Shown here: positions 24,301 through 37,353 of the stretch, in pieces | Layout: each line of letters starts with the position of its first letter | How positions within the stretch are numbered: the stretch's first letter is position 1 | Source of the DNA: Octopus bimaculoides | Taxonomy: Eukaryota | Assembly (NCBI RefSeq): GCF_001194135.2 | Contig: NC_068981.1 | Coordinates: 184,255,418 to 184,319,417 of the forward strand | Reading direction: 5' to 3' | Length of the DNA: 64,000 nucleotides | Program-made: the position numbers and the translations under genes | The notes under the pieces: generated by a model | What the model saw: the letters and a program-made list of their open reading frames with translations, nothing else | What the model was told of the DNA's origin: nothing | Database searches by the model: none

Positions 24301-27300
24301 GTTTGAGTCAAAAAAAGAAAAAAAACATGGATGGCGTTGTCATGTTTACATTTCTGGCAAACATTATGTGCTGTAGCTCTGTGCTCTGAAAGTACTGGAA
24401 TAAAAATAGAAAAAATCCTTTCTCATGAAACAGATAAGGGTTGGCAAAAAGAAGAGCATCCAGCTGCAAAATACTGCCTGGAATGAGTTCCTGTCTAACT
24501 GATGCAGGCATAGAAAAACAGATATGAAACAAATGAATGAATAATCTGTAACATTTGGCAACTTCACACCAAAATCTGTACTGAACAAGATACTAGTAGA
24601 TCCAGTTACTTAATTTACTAGTGTAACATTGGTTTCAAGTTTTGGCACAAGGCCTGCAATTTCTAGGGAGTAGGTAAGTCTATTACATCAACCTCAGTGC
24701 TCAACTGGTGCTTATTTTAATGACCCTGAAATGATGAAAAGCAGAGTTGATCCCAGCAGTGTTTGAACCCAGAACATAAAGATGCTGCTAAGCATTTTGT
24801 CTGAAGTACTAACAATTCTACCAGCTTACCACCATAATTTACTAGTGTAGTAATATTGACTATCATCTCATTCTCTTCTGAAATAAATTAATAACATATT
24901 AAATAAAGAAAAGAATTTGAACAAAAATAATCATAAATGATTAATTACACTAAAAATAAGTGAAACCAATTTTTGTATTGGCTTTACTGGAGACATTGGA
25001 GCTGAAACAATTGTTAGTTTTAACATACAGCAACTTCTTTTTAACAGAATCATGAGAGATGCTTGTGAGGTATGAATCCAACATCTAAAATTGATAGGGA
25101 TTTTAAAAGAATCTATAAAATATGGTGAAAATTTGATTTCTGAGAAAGTGCAATGAAATGGCTTTGAAGACAGGTCAACAGAACACAGAAACAGTCTCTT
25201 AGATGGGTCAATGAGACAACCTATAAATTATAACCTATAAAATAATAAAATTTAATAATTCATTAATATAAACTGTACTGCAAACTAGTATGGTTTACCA
25301 TCCATTTTGAAAGAAAATTCAGAAAAATAATTATTCACATTGAAATGTAATTAGTTTGTTTCTGGGGAGTGGGGAAGTCAATTACATCAACCTCAGTGAT
25401 CAACTGGTGCTTATTTTATGGACCCTAAAATGATGAAAAGCAGAGTTGACCCCAGCAGTGATTGAACCCAGAACATAAAGATGGAAGCATTTCAAATGCT
25501 TGAGGACAATGTTTAAATTTGAAAAATTAGTAGAAAATTTAGTTAAGATATTCAATTAACAAATAAAATGTCATTTGATGCACTGTAAATTATTATTGCA
25601 CTTCCTATACAAAATTCTACTGGGACCCACTATTGAATGTTGCTCCCATATCTAGTGGGGCTGCTGCTACACATACTCACACACAAACATCTTAGACTGT
25701 ATCTATAGAAAGTCTCTATGGACCAAAGACATGCCATTTCCTATCTCTGCCTTTTACACTTTTTACTACAACTACAGAAGACTATGCTCCTCAGAGCTGA
25801 TTGGCTGATCTCACGCTGCTGCTGCTGCTACTTCCTTTGTCATTACTGCTACCATCCCCACCTCATAATTATTTTGTTTCTTCTCATTCCCTATCCTTAT
25901 GTTCAATCTTGCCAGCTCTGTGTTAGCCACAATACCCAGTCCTTTCTCACTAAAATGTCATTCCTCTATAATTCCTTCCTTGCAATTGGTGACTCACAAT
26001 CAGTTTAAGATGAAACACTAACTACATTGATCTCATTGGTATTGGAAGACCTTTGAAAGCACAGCAAAAAATCAAGAAGTCTGGTTGATGGGCAAGTTTC
26101 CCTAAGTCAACATCTTACAACCAACCACTGTGCTATGTCTTCCAAATATCTCTTTTGCTGCTACTACAAAAGTTTCTACTCTGACAAAGCTATATACCAC
26201 CTGTTTTTGCAGTCTCTACTGTGTCTCTCTCCCTTCCATACACACCAAACATTTGACTCAAGCCTTTCTCCAAAAGCTACAACCCTCAAGAAGTTCTTCC
26301 CTCCAGATATCAACACAGAGAAGTTTCAGCTAAACACCAACTACATCAAACATAACAATCTAAAAACACTGGCTTCTTAATATTAGAATAGATAGAACTT
26401 CTGCCTTCTGGCTCTTCTGCATAGGTTACACTGTATTTAATAAGCTGTGTAGTGTTTTCTAGAAACATCCCTGGGACATTTTAGCTCAGTTTTATCAGAA
26501 GGAAGTCCTGTCCACCAGACCAAATGAAACTAATTAAAAAGGCCAAAACAAGCAAGATGGTGAATTAAACAAGCTTCATTGAAGATATCTCAGGGCGTTT
26601 TTCAATTCCTGAAGATTTAGGTCACATTTGTAATCCTAGGGATACTCAAACCACCTTTGTATTTTCAGATTTACCAAGGACATCTTTGTATTCCCGGAGA
26701 TATTCAAGACATCTTTCTACATATGAAGACTCTCAGATCATTTTTGCATTTTGTATACATTTTACAAAAGTCCAGGAAACATGAAGATATATATCCTGTC
26801 TTTGAGATATTTAGAGAAATTTTATCTATAATAACTGGCTCAGTTTCACAGGAAGGACACTCCTTTTCCCAGACCAATCCAAGCCAATTAAACGAAAAAA
26901 AGAAACTAATAAGGGGATGGATTAAAAATGTAGAAACTAACAATCTTCATTATTCTATTCCTGGAGATATCACGGAACAACTTTCTATTCCTGAAGATAC
27001 TCAAGCTATCTTTCTCCTGGAGACAGATTATCTTCATATTTTTGTATCTAGCACTAGAGAAACATGGAAATATTTGCCATGTCCTTGAGATATTTTGAGA
27101 AGTTTTATCTACACTAACTAGTTCTGGTAAGAACTCAAGAGTTAACATTACATGTACAAGTGTTTCTATAAATGGATTATTTAAAAAAAAACTGAGACAC
27201 TGAGAAGTGGGAAGTTTTGAACTGTCAACTATCATGTGACATCATCATCATTATCGTTTAACGTCTGCTTTCCATGCTAGCATGGGTTGGACGATTTGAC

Positions 27301-27713
27301 TGAGGACTGGTAAAACCAGATGGCTACACCAGGCTCCAATCTGATTTGGCAGAGTTTCTACAGCTGAGCAATTCACTGGAAATATTTAGGAAGTGAATAC
27401 AGTGTCATTGAAAGCTGGTTTGTATAATGACAAATGAGGGGGTTTTGATGATTAATCAGAGGAGGAAAGGCAGTGTCTATAATCTTTAGTTGCACCTCCA
27501 AGACTGATGAAGAGGGGATGGGGGAAGAAACCACAGCTACTGGGCTATCTCCATGTGGGAGACCTGGTCATGTGTGAGGTGAACTCAGCTCAAGGTATCA
27601 AAGGGCCAGGTGATGGTGTTGAGTCAGGTGACAGGTAAAAATCTATCATTTAAGGATTTGACTTCAAACACAAAAGGTCATACAGATAGCTCTATATTAA
27701 TGAATTCATCATC

Positions 27714-28125
27714 ATAGGCTCAGGAGTGGCTGCGTGGTAAGTAGCTTGCTTACCAACCACATGGTTCCGGGTTCAGTCCCACTGTGTGGCACTTTGGGCA
27801 AGTATCTTCTACTATAGCCTTGGGCCGACCAAAGCTTTGTGAGTGGATTTGGTTGATGGAAACTGAAAGAAGCTCGTCGTGTATATGTGTGTGCGTGTGT
27901 ATATGTTTGCGTGCCTTTATTTGTCCCCCAACATCGCTTGACAACAGATGTTGGTGTGTTTACATCCCTGTAACTTAGCAGTTCGTCAAAAAAAAAAAAA
28001 ACGATAGAATAAGTACTAGGCTTACAAAGAATAAGTCCTGGGGGTGTCGATTTGTTCGACTAAAGGTGGTGCTCCAGCATGGTCGCAGTCAAATGACTGA
28101 CACAAATAAAAGAGTAAAAGAAAAA
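27714..28125 (+). mobile_element. tRNA-derived SINE family A (central microsatellite), full-length copy
   Basis: Head with A-box (tggctgcgtggt) and B-box (ggttcagtcc), a cttgggcaagt body, (TA/TG)n centre and taaaagag tail. Other copies: 880-1090, 4480-4665, 8851-9150, 23505-23870, 32530-32940, 34315-34530(-), 46484-46895, 53530-54005, 57300-57830, 58024-59455. Confidence 0.85.
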
Positions 28126-28723
28126 GAATCATTTAACATCAGTTGTCCATGCTAGCATGGGTTGGACAGTTTAACCAGGGCTGACAAGCTGGAAAGCTGC
28201 ACCAGACTCCAGTCTGTTTTGACATAGTTTCTACAGCTGGATGCCCTTCCTAATGCCAACCACTCCGAGAGTGTAATGAATTCATGTATCATAATAAAGA
28301 ATGTGGAACATTAATGAAGGGGATGCTTTATTAATTCTTTAGTAATCATTTTTTAAATAACATGTAAAGACAAGTTTTCTAGATGAGGGTTTATGGTCAG
28401 TTGACCTGGACATAGTATTACTGGTACTTTATTTTATCAACTTTGGATGAATGAAATGGAATAGCTATTCTGGAGGATTTGAAATAAAAATTTAAACGGA
28501 TGAAACTGTATGCCAACTTAATAATAAATATTTGAATGGAAATTAAAATAACAAGTAACAAATTGTGTTATTTGAGAATCATGAATAACAAATTGTATGG
28601 TTAAACAGCAACAATAAAAAAAATGAATGGAGGAAACTATATGGATATAGTCAAATAAAAGTAAAAATGAAAAATAAGAATATGAGCATGCTAAATACTT
28701 AGAATATGTTTTTATGAAATTAC

Positions 28724-28857
28724 CATTTCAAGAGGAACACATTTAACTGAAGTTAGCTTCAAGTCATTTTGGTGCAGCTGAATGGATTGTGGCAATATAG
28801 TTAATTTCAAATCAGTTTGAACAGTCAACCAGCCACTATTGGAACAGCTGGTGCCAT
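28724..28857 (-). CDS. GPCPD1: GPCPD1-like exon
   Basis: cccctcag|AT GGC...GAA ATG|gtaatt; GTSCSNSGWLTVQTDLKLTILPQSIQLHQNDLKLTSVKCVPLEM; contains the conserved SGWLTxQT motif; phase 1 to 0. Confidence 0.92.
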
Positions 28858-29384
28858 CTGAGGGGAAAGAAAAAGAAGACAAAAAAAAAAACAAAGTTAG
28901 AAGAATTTCAAGATATAAAGATAAAGAAATGTCTGTCTTGAATCTACAAACTCATAAAGCTGGAGCTTATCTGGGTTTTTAAGGGTAATTAGACAGCCAA
29001 GAAGCATGACACTCCATGTAACATAGCTACTGCCACTGAGGGTACTGGTTTTCAGCTGAATGAACTGGTGCAATAAACAATGAAGAGCCTTGCTGAAGGA
29101 CATAACATACTACTTGGTTTGAGAAGTTAAGGCATGTGTGGAGAGTTAATAGTAGTGTGTTAGTTACTAGCAGGGACCACATTTAAGTCTTAAAGAATGA
29201 AACTATCAACTCATATAATTCCTTCAAGATAATAATAGCTGCAATATGACTTGTCAAACATTCCAATTAATGCAACAAGTAGAGGAAATGCTAAAGAGAA
29301 GTTGAAACTTGTATGAAAGCATTAGAAATTTGAAAAGAGTTCTTATCCCACCTCTAAATAAAATGAGAATATTCTACCTTATAA

Positions 29385-29580
29385 ACTGAGTACCTCCCGT
29401 TCCTCAAACTGGGAGCAAACTACCTCCAAACAGTGTCCATCTTAACTGTAAACTGAGTGCATCCCATCCACCTAAAACAGAGCCCATCTTCCCTCCAGTC
29501 AAACTGAGTACATCCCACCCTCCAAACTGAGCCCATTCTACCTCTAAACTGAGTTAATCTCCTGTCAAACTAACTGACCT
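29385..29580. repeat. Degenerate 22-27 bp tandem array (AAACTGAG motif); second block about 29840-30060
   Basis: aaactgag / aaactggg / aaacagag recur with C-rich spacers. Confidence 0.75.
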
Positions 29581-30166
29581 CATTCCATGCTACAAAGAGG
29601 CCATTATACCACACCACAAATGAGCCTAGGGCCTATAAGAAAGGGTTCAGTTGGTACATCGGCTGTTCTGGGCCCAGAGATCCAAAGAGGGCAAATGAAT
29701 ATCTTATTGGCTTTTCTTGCAGAAAAAGAAAAAAAGAAACTCATTTCCATTCCCTAAATTTTGAGAGGCTTCATCTACCCCCATCTTTAATGGGTCTAAA
29801 AAACAGTCATGTCTTGCATCACAAAATTTCTGTTACAGGTCCCAACTGAGCCCATTCTACAGCACACAATCTATGCTCATTCACCCTATAAACTGAGCCC
29901 ATACGACCACTAGTGTCTATTCCATTCCAATCAAACTGAGTCCACAAAGTCAATCCACAAATGACAGAGTCCATCCTGTCGCCCAAACTGAAATAACAAT
30001 CCCACTCAGCAAACAGAGATCCCCCCATCTATCCCAAATAAACTGAGTTTGTCTCATCCAGTTTTCATTCTTCATTGAATTCAGTCTCCTTTATCTTTCT
30101 GGTGTCTTTGGGGAAATAATAATCATCAAAACATCTTAATATTACTGCTGCTATACACCTCACATG

Positions 30167-30333
30167 CAGGGCCGGCTCAAAGTACCAGCAACTTGGGCAG
30201 TTGCCCAGGGGACCATGTGCTTTTTAATCTACATTTTCAGTTTTTCTTCTTGCTAAAGCTTTAAAAAATTATACTTGTAAGGGCGCTGAAGTTCAGCTTG
30301 CCCAGGGCACCAGCAACCCTAGAGCTGGCCCTG
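30167..30333. mobile_element. hAT-like MITE
   Basis: TIRs CAGGGCCGGCTC / GAGCTGGCCCTG and internal inverted ttgcccaggg motifs; 8-bp TSD degenerate. Confidence 0.55.
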
Positions 30334-30487
30334 CCGACACATTGCACTTATGTAAGACAGCAAGAATCATCATTTGGTAATGGGCATCGAGATAAACTGA
30401 TTAGCAATAATTGACAAGAAACATAGCTTTGTGCCAGCATTTGAAACCAATAATTGACAACAGTAAAAATAGCAAAATGCAACTTAC

Positions 30488-30535
30488 CAATGATACCAAA
30501 TTGGTCACAGAATCTGACATGCTGGGAAGAACCAT
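30488..30535 (-). CDS. GPCPD1: GPCPD1-like 48-nt exon
   Basis: cttttcag|AT GGT...ATT G|gtaagt; (D)GSSQHVRFCDQFGII(D), matching the D-x-FGI motif; phase 1 to 1. Confidence 0.88.
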
Positions 30536-30614
30536 CTGAAAAGTGAATTTATTTTATGATTATAAACAAAATATATAAAAAATAGAAGGCATATAAAAAG
30601 ATACTGACACACAC

Positions 30615-30890
30615 ACACCTTCTTGGCTTAGCTTCTGAATGAAGATTTACAAAGAGGGGTGTTCACATCTGCTGCAGGCTTGCTGGTGCCTGAGTCCGAT
30701 CCAGGACAAACAGGTACAAATGCACAGGCTGCATGGGAAAGAAGGCCGATCAAAGTTGGTTGCAATGTCCTTGTTTTTCCTCCTTTTTCTCTTTTCTGCA
30801 AGGATGGTCCTGAAGCTGCTTTCAAAAGAAGCCATTGCCTGGATAACACTGAGACACCAGGCTTCAGGGTCAGTAACATGAACAGATCAT
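30615..30890 (-). mobile_element. RTE/BovB-like LINE C-terminal fragment
   Basis: ORF 30647-30835 (AEKRKRRKNK...FPCSLCICTCLSWIGLRHQQACSR) resembles the KRxRRK...FPCxxCxRxCxSRIGLxSHxRAC terminus of RTE-BovB ORFs. Confidence 0.65.
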
Positions 30891-31247
30891 TGGTGGTGAT
30901 CGGCGTGGCAGGTTACAAGGGCTTAGCACCATTTGAGTGTGGTCAATGCCAGTGCCGCCAGACTGACTCCTGTGCCAGTGGCACGTGAAAAGCACCATTC
31001 GAGCATGGTCGATGCCAGTACTGCCTGATTGGCTTCCATACTGGTGGCATGTAAAAAGCACCATTCAAGCATGGTTGATGTTAGGGAGAGCATTCAGCTG
31101 TAGAAACCAAACTAAAACAGATTATGGGATCTGGTGTGACTTCTGGCCCTCCCAGCTACAGTCAAACTGTGTAACCCATACCAGCATGGAAAACGGATGT
31201 TAAATGGTGATGAGGATGATGACAATGATTAAAAGTGTAATACCAAC

Positions 31248-31411
31248 CTGAATGATGCCATGTTCTTTGAGTGAGGTTTGCTTCCCACCTCGTTACAATG
31301 AAGCTGTCAACATTTTGGTTACATGGTGTACTGACAATGTTACAGACGTAGTAGGAATAACTGAAGGTTGTTTTGCCAGTTATTATTAATTCAGTACTCC
31401 AAACATTATAT
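31248..31411 (-). CDS. GPCPD1: GPCPD1-like exon (CBM20 C-terminal half)
   Basis: tttttcag|A TAT AAT...TCA G|gttggt; YNVWSTELIITGKTTFSYSYYVCNIVSTPCNQNVDSFIVTRWEANLTQRTWHHS; phase 2 to 1 fits both neighbours; IVTRWE matches the conserved IVHKWE motif. Confidence 0.9.
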
Positions 31412-31532
31412 CTGAAAAACACAAAAAGTATTACAAAGTCTGCTAAGTCTCAAAGAAGTAAACAACACAACACCGGTTGCCAAACGGTGGTCAAACACAA
31501 AGACACACACACACAGATATATATATATACAT

Positions 31533-31563
<31 letters not shown>

Positions 31564-33584
31564 GACTTCTAGGAGTTTCCATCAACCAAATCCACTCACA
31601 AGGCTTTGGTCAGCCCGAGGCTATAGTAGAAGACACTTGCCCAAGGTACCACGCAGTGGAACTGAACCCAGACCCATGTGGTTGAGAAGCAAACTTCTTA
31701 ACCACACAGCTGTACTGGTACCTGTAATATATGTAGTTAAGGTGGCGAGCTGGCAGAAACATTAGTATGCTAGACGAAATGCTTAGCGGTATTTCGTCTG
31801 CCGCTATGTTCTGAGTTCAAATTCCACCGAGGTCAACTTTACCTTTCATCCTTTTGGGGTTGATAAATTAAGTACTAGTTGTGTACTGGGTTCGATCTAA
31901 TCAACAGGCTCCCTCCCAAAAAATGTTGGGCCTTGTGCCTAGAGTAGAAAATATGTGTAGTAAAATATTTGATAAAAGGAAACTTTGCTCTTTTTCTTAA
32001 TGATTTTGTTGAAATTCCTAACATATTTCTTTATTAATTAATTTATTTGATGTTAATGAAAGCTTTTACCCCATCTTCATTTCAGTAATATCTGAAGGCC
32101 ACATTGTTCCTAATTCAAGCTGTCTAACAACAGAAATGGCAAATAGTCCCTTATCTTTTTCCGTGTGTCAGATACTGGATTTTGGCCATGCTGGAGCACT
32201 ACCTTAAAGGCTTTAGTTGAACCATAATTTGGTCCTTCTACTATCAGTCACTTTTGCCAAACCATGATGTCATGGGGACTGGTTACCAAGTAATAGTGAG
32301 GGGACAAATACAAAGACAAACATAGTCACACACACATACATGGAGGGCTTCCACACAGTTTCCATCTACTAAATTCATTCACAAAGCATTGCCCAGTCCA
32401 GTGCTATAGTAGAAGACACTTGCCCAAAGTACCACAACCCAAAACCAAGTGGTTGCAAAACAAACTTCTTCACCACACAGCCATGTGTTATAATGTTTTG
32501 GAACTTAGCTGCTTGTATCATAACATAATCAAGGTAAGAAGCTTGCTTCCCAACCACATGGTTCTGGGTTCAGTTCTACTGCATGGCACTTAGGGCAAGT
32601 GTCTTCTACTATAGCCTTGGGCCGGCCAAAGCCTTATGAGTGTATTTGGTAGATGGAAACTGAAAGAAGCCCATTGTATGTGTGTGTGTGTGCATGTATG
32701 TATCTGTGTGTGTGTGTGTGTGTCTTTGTATTTGTGTTTGTCCCCCGTCACCACTTCAGGACCGGTGTTGGTGTTGTTGTGTCCCTGTAACTTAGCAGTT
32801 TGGCAAAAGAGACCAATAGAATAAGCACCAGGCTTAAAGAATAAGTACTGGGGTCGATTCATTCAACTAAAAAGAAAATTCAAGGTGGTGCCCCAGCATG
32901 GCCACAGTCTAATCACTGAAACAAGTAAAAGATAAAAGATAATACAGGTAACAGTAGACATAATAATAGGATTGTAACATAATTAATGCAGTCAATAGAA
33001 TAGATTAACTGTGTGATTGAACAGTTGTAGGGTTTGATAGCAGGGTAAGCTGTGACAGCCATTTTTATTTCTGAAGGTGACAACAGAATTCTGGAACTAG
33101 TGAGTCAAAAGATTTATAATTCGAGACTTGTACATCATTTATGAAGGTAAAATATGAAATATCAGTGAACAAAATCACAGTAAATAAAACTGGTCGTCCT
33201 TTCAGTCATTGATTGGTTGATGGTATTGTAGAGACAGTAACTTAACCCCCTCCGCTGTTCCTGGATTGTTTTCAGAAACAAGTGCCTAACCCCAAGTACA
33301 CTTTCCCCTCTTCCATTCATGGATATGCCATGAAGGAAAGACAAGTCAATACACTCACAGCTTCAATGGAGTTGCAGGGGATGCCAGATATTGGTTAAAT
33401 ATAATCCCCACCCAAGCCAACATGGAAGGTGGATGTTAAACGATGATGATTTACCTTAGGGCCCCTACCACTGGATTTTCTGCAGCATTTCCTAAATTAT
33501 CCCATTAGGCAGTAGGGGCAAACAAAAATTCATAAAGTGAAATTAAACAACAAGGAATGTTTGATAACCAATTTCAAAACTTAC

Positions 33585-33745
33585 CCCTCATGGTTTGGTG
33601 ATGGTGCCTTTGGATGAAGAATGATGCCTTTTTTATGATCCCAGTTGCCTAGTTCTTCAATACTTCCTGTTAAGCATACATGTTCGTCAGGCTGAGTTGT
33701 TAAACTCACCTCAAAGGTGAAATGGCGAGTTGTTTTGCAGCTCAT
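33585..33745 (-). CDS. GPCPD1: GPCPD1-like glycerophosphocholine phosphodiesterase, first coding exon (CBM20 start)
   Basis: ATG at 33745; translates MSCKTTRHFTFEVSLTTQPDEHVCLTGSIEELGNWDHKKGIILHPKAPSPNHEG, a CBM20-type F-x-V...G...LGNW motif. Donor GG|gtaagt (phase 2); upstream acceptor tttacaag| at 33771-33772. Confidence 0.9.
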
Positions 33746-34679
33746 CTTGGCTCAGACTGGCAACTGTTCACTTGTAAATGAAAAGAAGCCAAGTTATTTA
33801 ACCTCAGATAAAAAGAAGACAGGTATTTTACAATGTTAATTTTGAGAGAGCTAAAATACAAAACTATAAAGATAAGAAAATAAAGTGCAATGTAAGATTA
33901 AACAATCTTATTTTTTTCAGTAATAAGACAGATATGAGACATTTGGCTACCTTTTAATCAGTGATTATCTGTTTTTGTTTTTGCTTATCAGTTACATTAT
34001 CTATATGAATAGGTTATATCATTAGGAGAAAACAATCATTAAAATAATTATCAACAAGATAAACTATATTCAGTTATGAAAAGACTGTCTCCAGTCCCCA
34101 GGCCCATTAACCCTTTTGTTACCAACTCGGCTTAAACTGGCTCTGGCGTTGAGTACACATATCTTGTTTTCATAAGTTCTGAATTAAAATCTTCCACCAA
34201 ACTTTAGTCACAATTTATGTTCCTAACACTAGCTTTATGATAACTAAGTTATTTTACTAAATCCTTTGTTATATTTAAAGTAATTGAAAGAAACACAGAT
34301 CATCTCAAATGATGTTGGGGGGGGGGGACAAACACAAACACACATACACATATATATATACATATATACGACGGGCTTCTTTCAGTTTCCGTCTACCAAA
34401 TCCACTCACAAGGCTTTGGTCGGCCTGAGGCTATAGTAGAAGACACTTGCCCAAGGTGCCACACAGTGGGACTGAACCCGGAACCATGTGGTTGGTAAGC
34501 AAGCTACTTACCACATAGCCACTCCTCCACCTGCATTGGTGAAAAGCAAGAGAAATACTGAAAACGACTGCACCAAGAAGTTTGAAGAAAAGTAAAATCT
34601 TATCCTGGATTGCCATTAGACGAAAAAAAAAATGTATTAATTGTCAATTGATATTTGTTCAACTACATATTTGAATATA

Positions 34680-34900
34680 CAGGGAGCAGCAGAAAGGTTG
34701 CCTCGATTTCAAAGCTTAATAAAACCCAACACATGAAGATGCATGAAAAAACCTTGTATTTCTATGGAGTTCATTAAATGCCATTTTTGTTTTCTGTTTC
34801 AGGTACAACCCACCATGGCCTGGAGTGAAGAGCATCGTTTTCCCTTGTATCTTCATGTGTTTGTTTTGTTATTAACTTTGAAACTGAGGCAATTTTTCTG
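34680..34900. mobile_element. Tc1/mariner-type MITE
   Basis: CAG...CTG ends flanked by TA; about 55-bp imperfect TIRs (ttgcctcgatttcaaagcttaata...acacatgaagat / atcttcatgtgt...tattaactttgaaactgaggcaa). Confidence 0.65.
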
Positions 34901-35380
34901 TAGTTAAGTCAGTATAATATAAGTTAATAGAACATTAGCTACTATATATATATAACATAAGAATCTTTAATTAGAAATACATAAGTACTGAGGGAAAGAC
35001 ATTAGACTAAACGAATAATGTTATTTTAATATAATTCCAATCAATAATATGAGGTAGCTTCAAGAGTAGAACACCTGTATGCATCCATCTACGATGCTTT
35101 AGCTTCTCAACACCAGACATAAAGTCACCGACTGTGACACTATTCATTTGAGGGTGGGTAGCTTCTTTGCTTTGCAATTTAATTGGTGACCTTGCTGGTG
35201 TCAATGTCATGCCCCCCCCCCCCAAAAAAAAACCCCAGTAGATCCTGTAAAGTGGTTGGCATTAATTAGGACAAATATCTAGCCATTGAAACCATGCTAA
35301 AGCAGACATTGCAGTTCAATGCAGTGTTCTATCCTGTTGGATCCTGTTGAACTGTCTAACCTATACCAGGAAGACTTTAA

Positions 35381-35601
35381 CCCTTCAACATTCAGATTAT
35401 TCAGTTTAATGTAATGCTTATTAAGTAACATCGTTTTGAATTGATCACACATTATCTCATAGCTTCAAGACTTCAATGATGTGATTGTTTATTTTAAAAA
35501 TGACATTGTACGGTAGGTGTGAGAGGGCAGATCTGACCAGTTTGAAGATAAAAAAAGGTTGAATATTTTGGCAAGATATGGCTGGTTTAAATATTAAAGG
35601 G
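35381..35601. mobile_element. piggyBac-type MITE (TTAA-flanked)
   Basis: TTAA|CCCTT...AAGGG|TTAA; related degenerate copies at about 3420-3700, 5415-5625, 5640-5872, 56290-56400 and 60980-61070. Confidence 0.65.
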
Positions 35602-36512
35602 TTAAATGATGATTATGAAAAATTCCAGACATGTTTCGGTCTTATTGAATTTCCTCAGCAAAGCAATATAATTAATCATATTCGCTAAAATAAGATCATT
35701 AAACTCATGTTATCGTTCCCTTATCATGCAGTTGTTCTTGATTAGATTTTTCATACTCATTAACTTAGCAATTGTTTTTCTTGCATGGCATCTCTGAGTA
35801 ATTAACCGTAGTAATATATTTTCATAAAATGTATCTAAATGTGCGTTTACATCCCCATAACTTAGCAGTTTGGCAAAAGCGAACAATAGAATAAGGATTA
35901 GGCTTAAGAAGCCCTGGGGTCGATTTGTTCAACTAAATCCCTCCAAAATAGTGCTCCAGCATGGCCGCAGTCAAATGACTGAAACAAGTAAAAGAATAAA
36001 AGAATAGTTTTACCTTTTTAATTATTATTATTTTTATTTTGGCCAGGCTCCAACCTGGGCCTTTTCAATGTTCCAATAATTAATTTGTTTTTTTTTTAAC
36101 TAATTCTATCTTTTTTAGCTGAACTTCTTGTTCTTTAAACATGCTACAACCATGTTAACAACAAATACAAGTTTTCTTTAAAAACTTCAGATATAATTTT
36201 TTACATAACTAAAACAGAAAAAGCAGAGGAAAAAAAAAAAGCAAACTTCTTACCTGGGTACACCTTTCTCTCTGGAGATATCAATCTATGCATAGCAGAT
36301 ATGGTGTGTAGAAAATGAAAGTATGTGTATGTGCTATCAGGTTGATAATGTGTGACCGTAGTTGTGGTAACAGGCTGGTGGATATATATGGGGAATGTTC
36401 AATGTGTGGTCTCAATAGTTATTTACCTGGTGAAAAGAAGAACTCGTTATTAAGACAATTTTGAAACTATTTTCAGTAAGTAGAATAGTAATTTAATGGA
36501 TGTTAAAATATC

Positions 36513-37060
36513 GGATCTTTTTTAAAACAGGGGCCACATTTTTCATTAATGTTTTACGTAGTGTTTTTGGTACGGAAAGACTTTCAAACTTCGTATACTT
36601 ATCTATTTTGTGTTATAGAACAGAAAAATATTTTTGTATTCGAATTTATTTCATGTAAAAAATTGTCTTATTTCGATAATTTCAACCAATCACTGACAAG
36701 TATTCAGTTGTTTACATTTACTCCTTTGGCTGATTAAGCGATGTAAAGCGTATTTAATCTCCATACCTTCGTTTTATTTGCTTTAACCCTAACCCTAACC
36801 CTAACACTAGGGTTAGGGTTAATTGTTTCAGAATCGTTTGTTTATGTAGTCGGCACTTAATGTATATCGGCTGAATGGACGTCAGTGATTGGTTGAAATT
36901 ACAGAAATACGACAACTTTAACACGGAATAATTTATGGATTTCTTTTTTTTTTAAGAAGACTAAGAGAAAAAGATGTTTTATATGACACATTCTACCAGT
37001 GTTCCAAGTTTCAAAGTGTTTCGTTAATGAAAAATGTGGCCCCCGTTTTTAAAAAAATCC
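36513..37060. mobile_element. Merlin-like MITE copy 2 (inverted relative to copy 1)
   Basis: Near-identical to the reverse complement of 2715-3281; perfect 8-bp TSD AAAATATC at 36505-36512 and 37061-37068; telomeric core at about 36784-36821. Confidence 0.85.
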
Positions 37061-37353
37061 AAAATATCTGCTAAATGTGGGAAGTAAATACTTGGTAAAT
37101 TACTGGTATGTTAACAACATTGTTTCAACAATATACTGTAATACAGGATATTTCTATAGGCAGAGGTGCAGCTACAGGTGCAGGTGTGACGATAGGCATA
37201 GCTTTCGTTATGCTTCTCGTCACACAACATTGATTTAATGGAGAGAGTGGCATGAACATTTGATTATTATAAATAATTCAGGTCATTTGTCAAAAGTTGA
37301 ATGCTCATTCATTGTCTTTGATGGGTAAGTTCAGCATGTATAAAAATATATAT

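Noticed and set aside
25850-26370. Possible I-clade LINE endonuclease relic (similar sequence at about 23200-23500 and 51950-52330)
   Set aside because: Peptide similarity too decayed to support a call by eye.
27714-27790. tRNA gene suggested by A and B boxes
   Set aside because: No full cloverleaf; it is the head of a multi-copy SINE.
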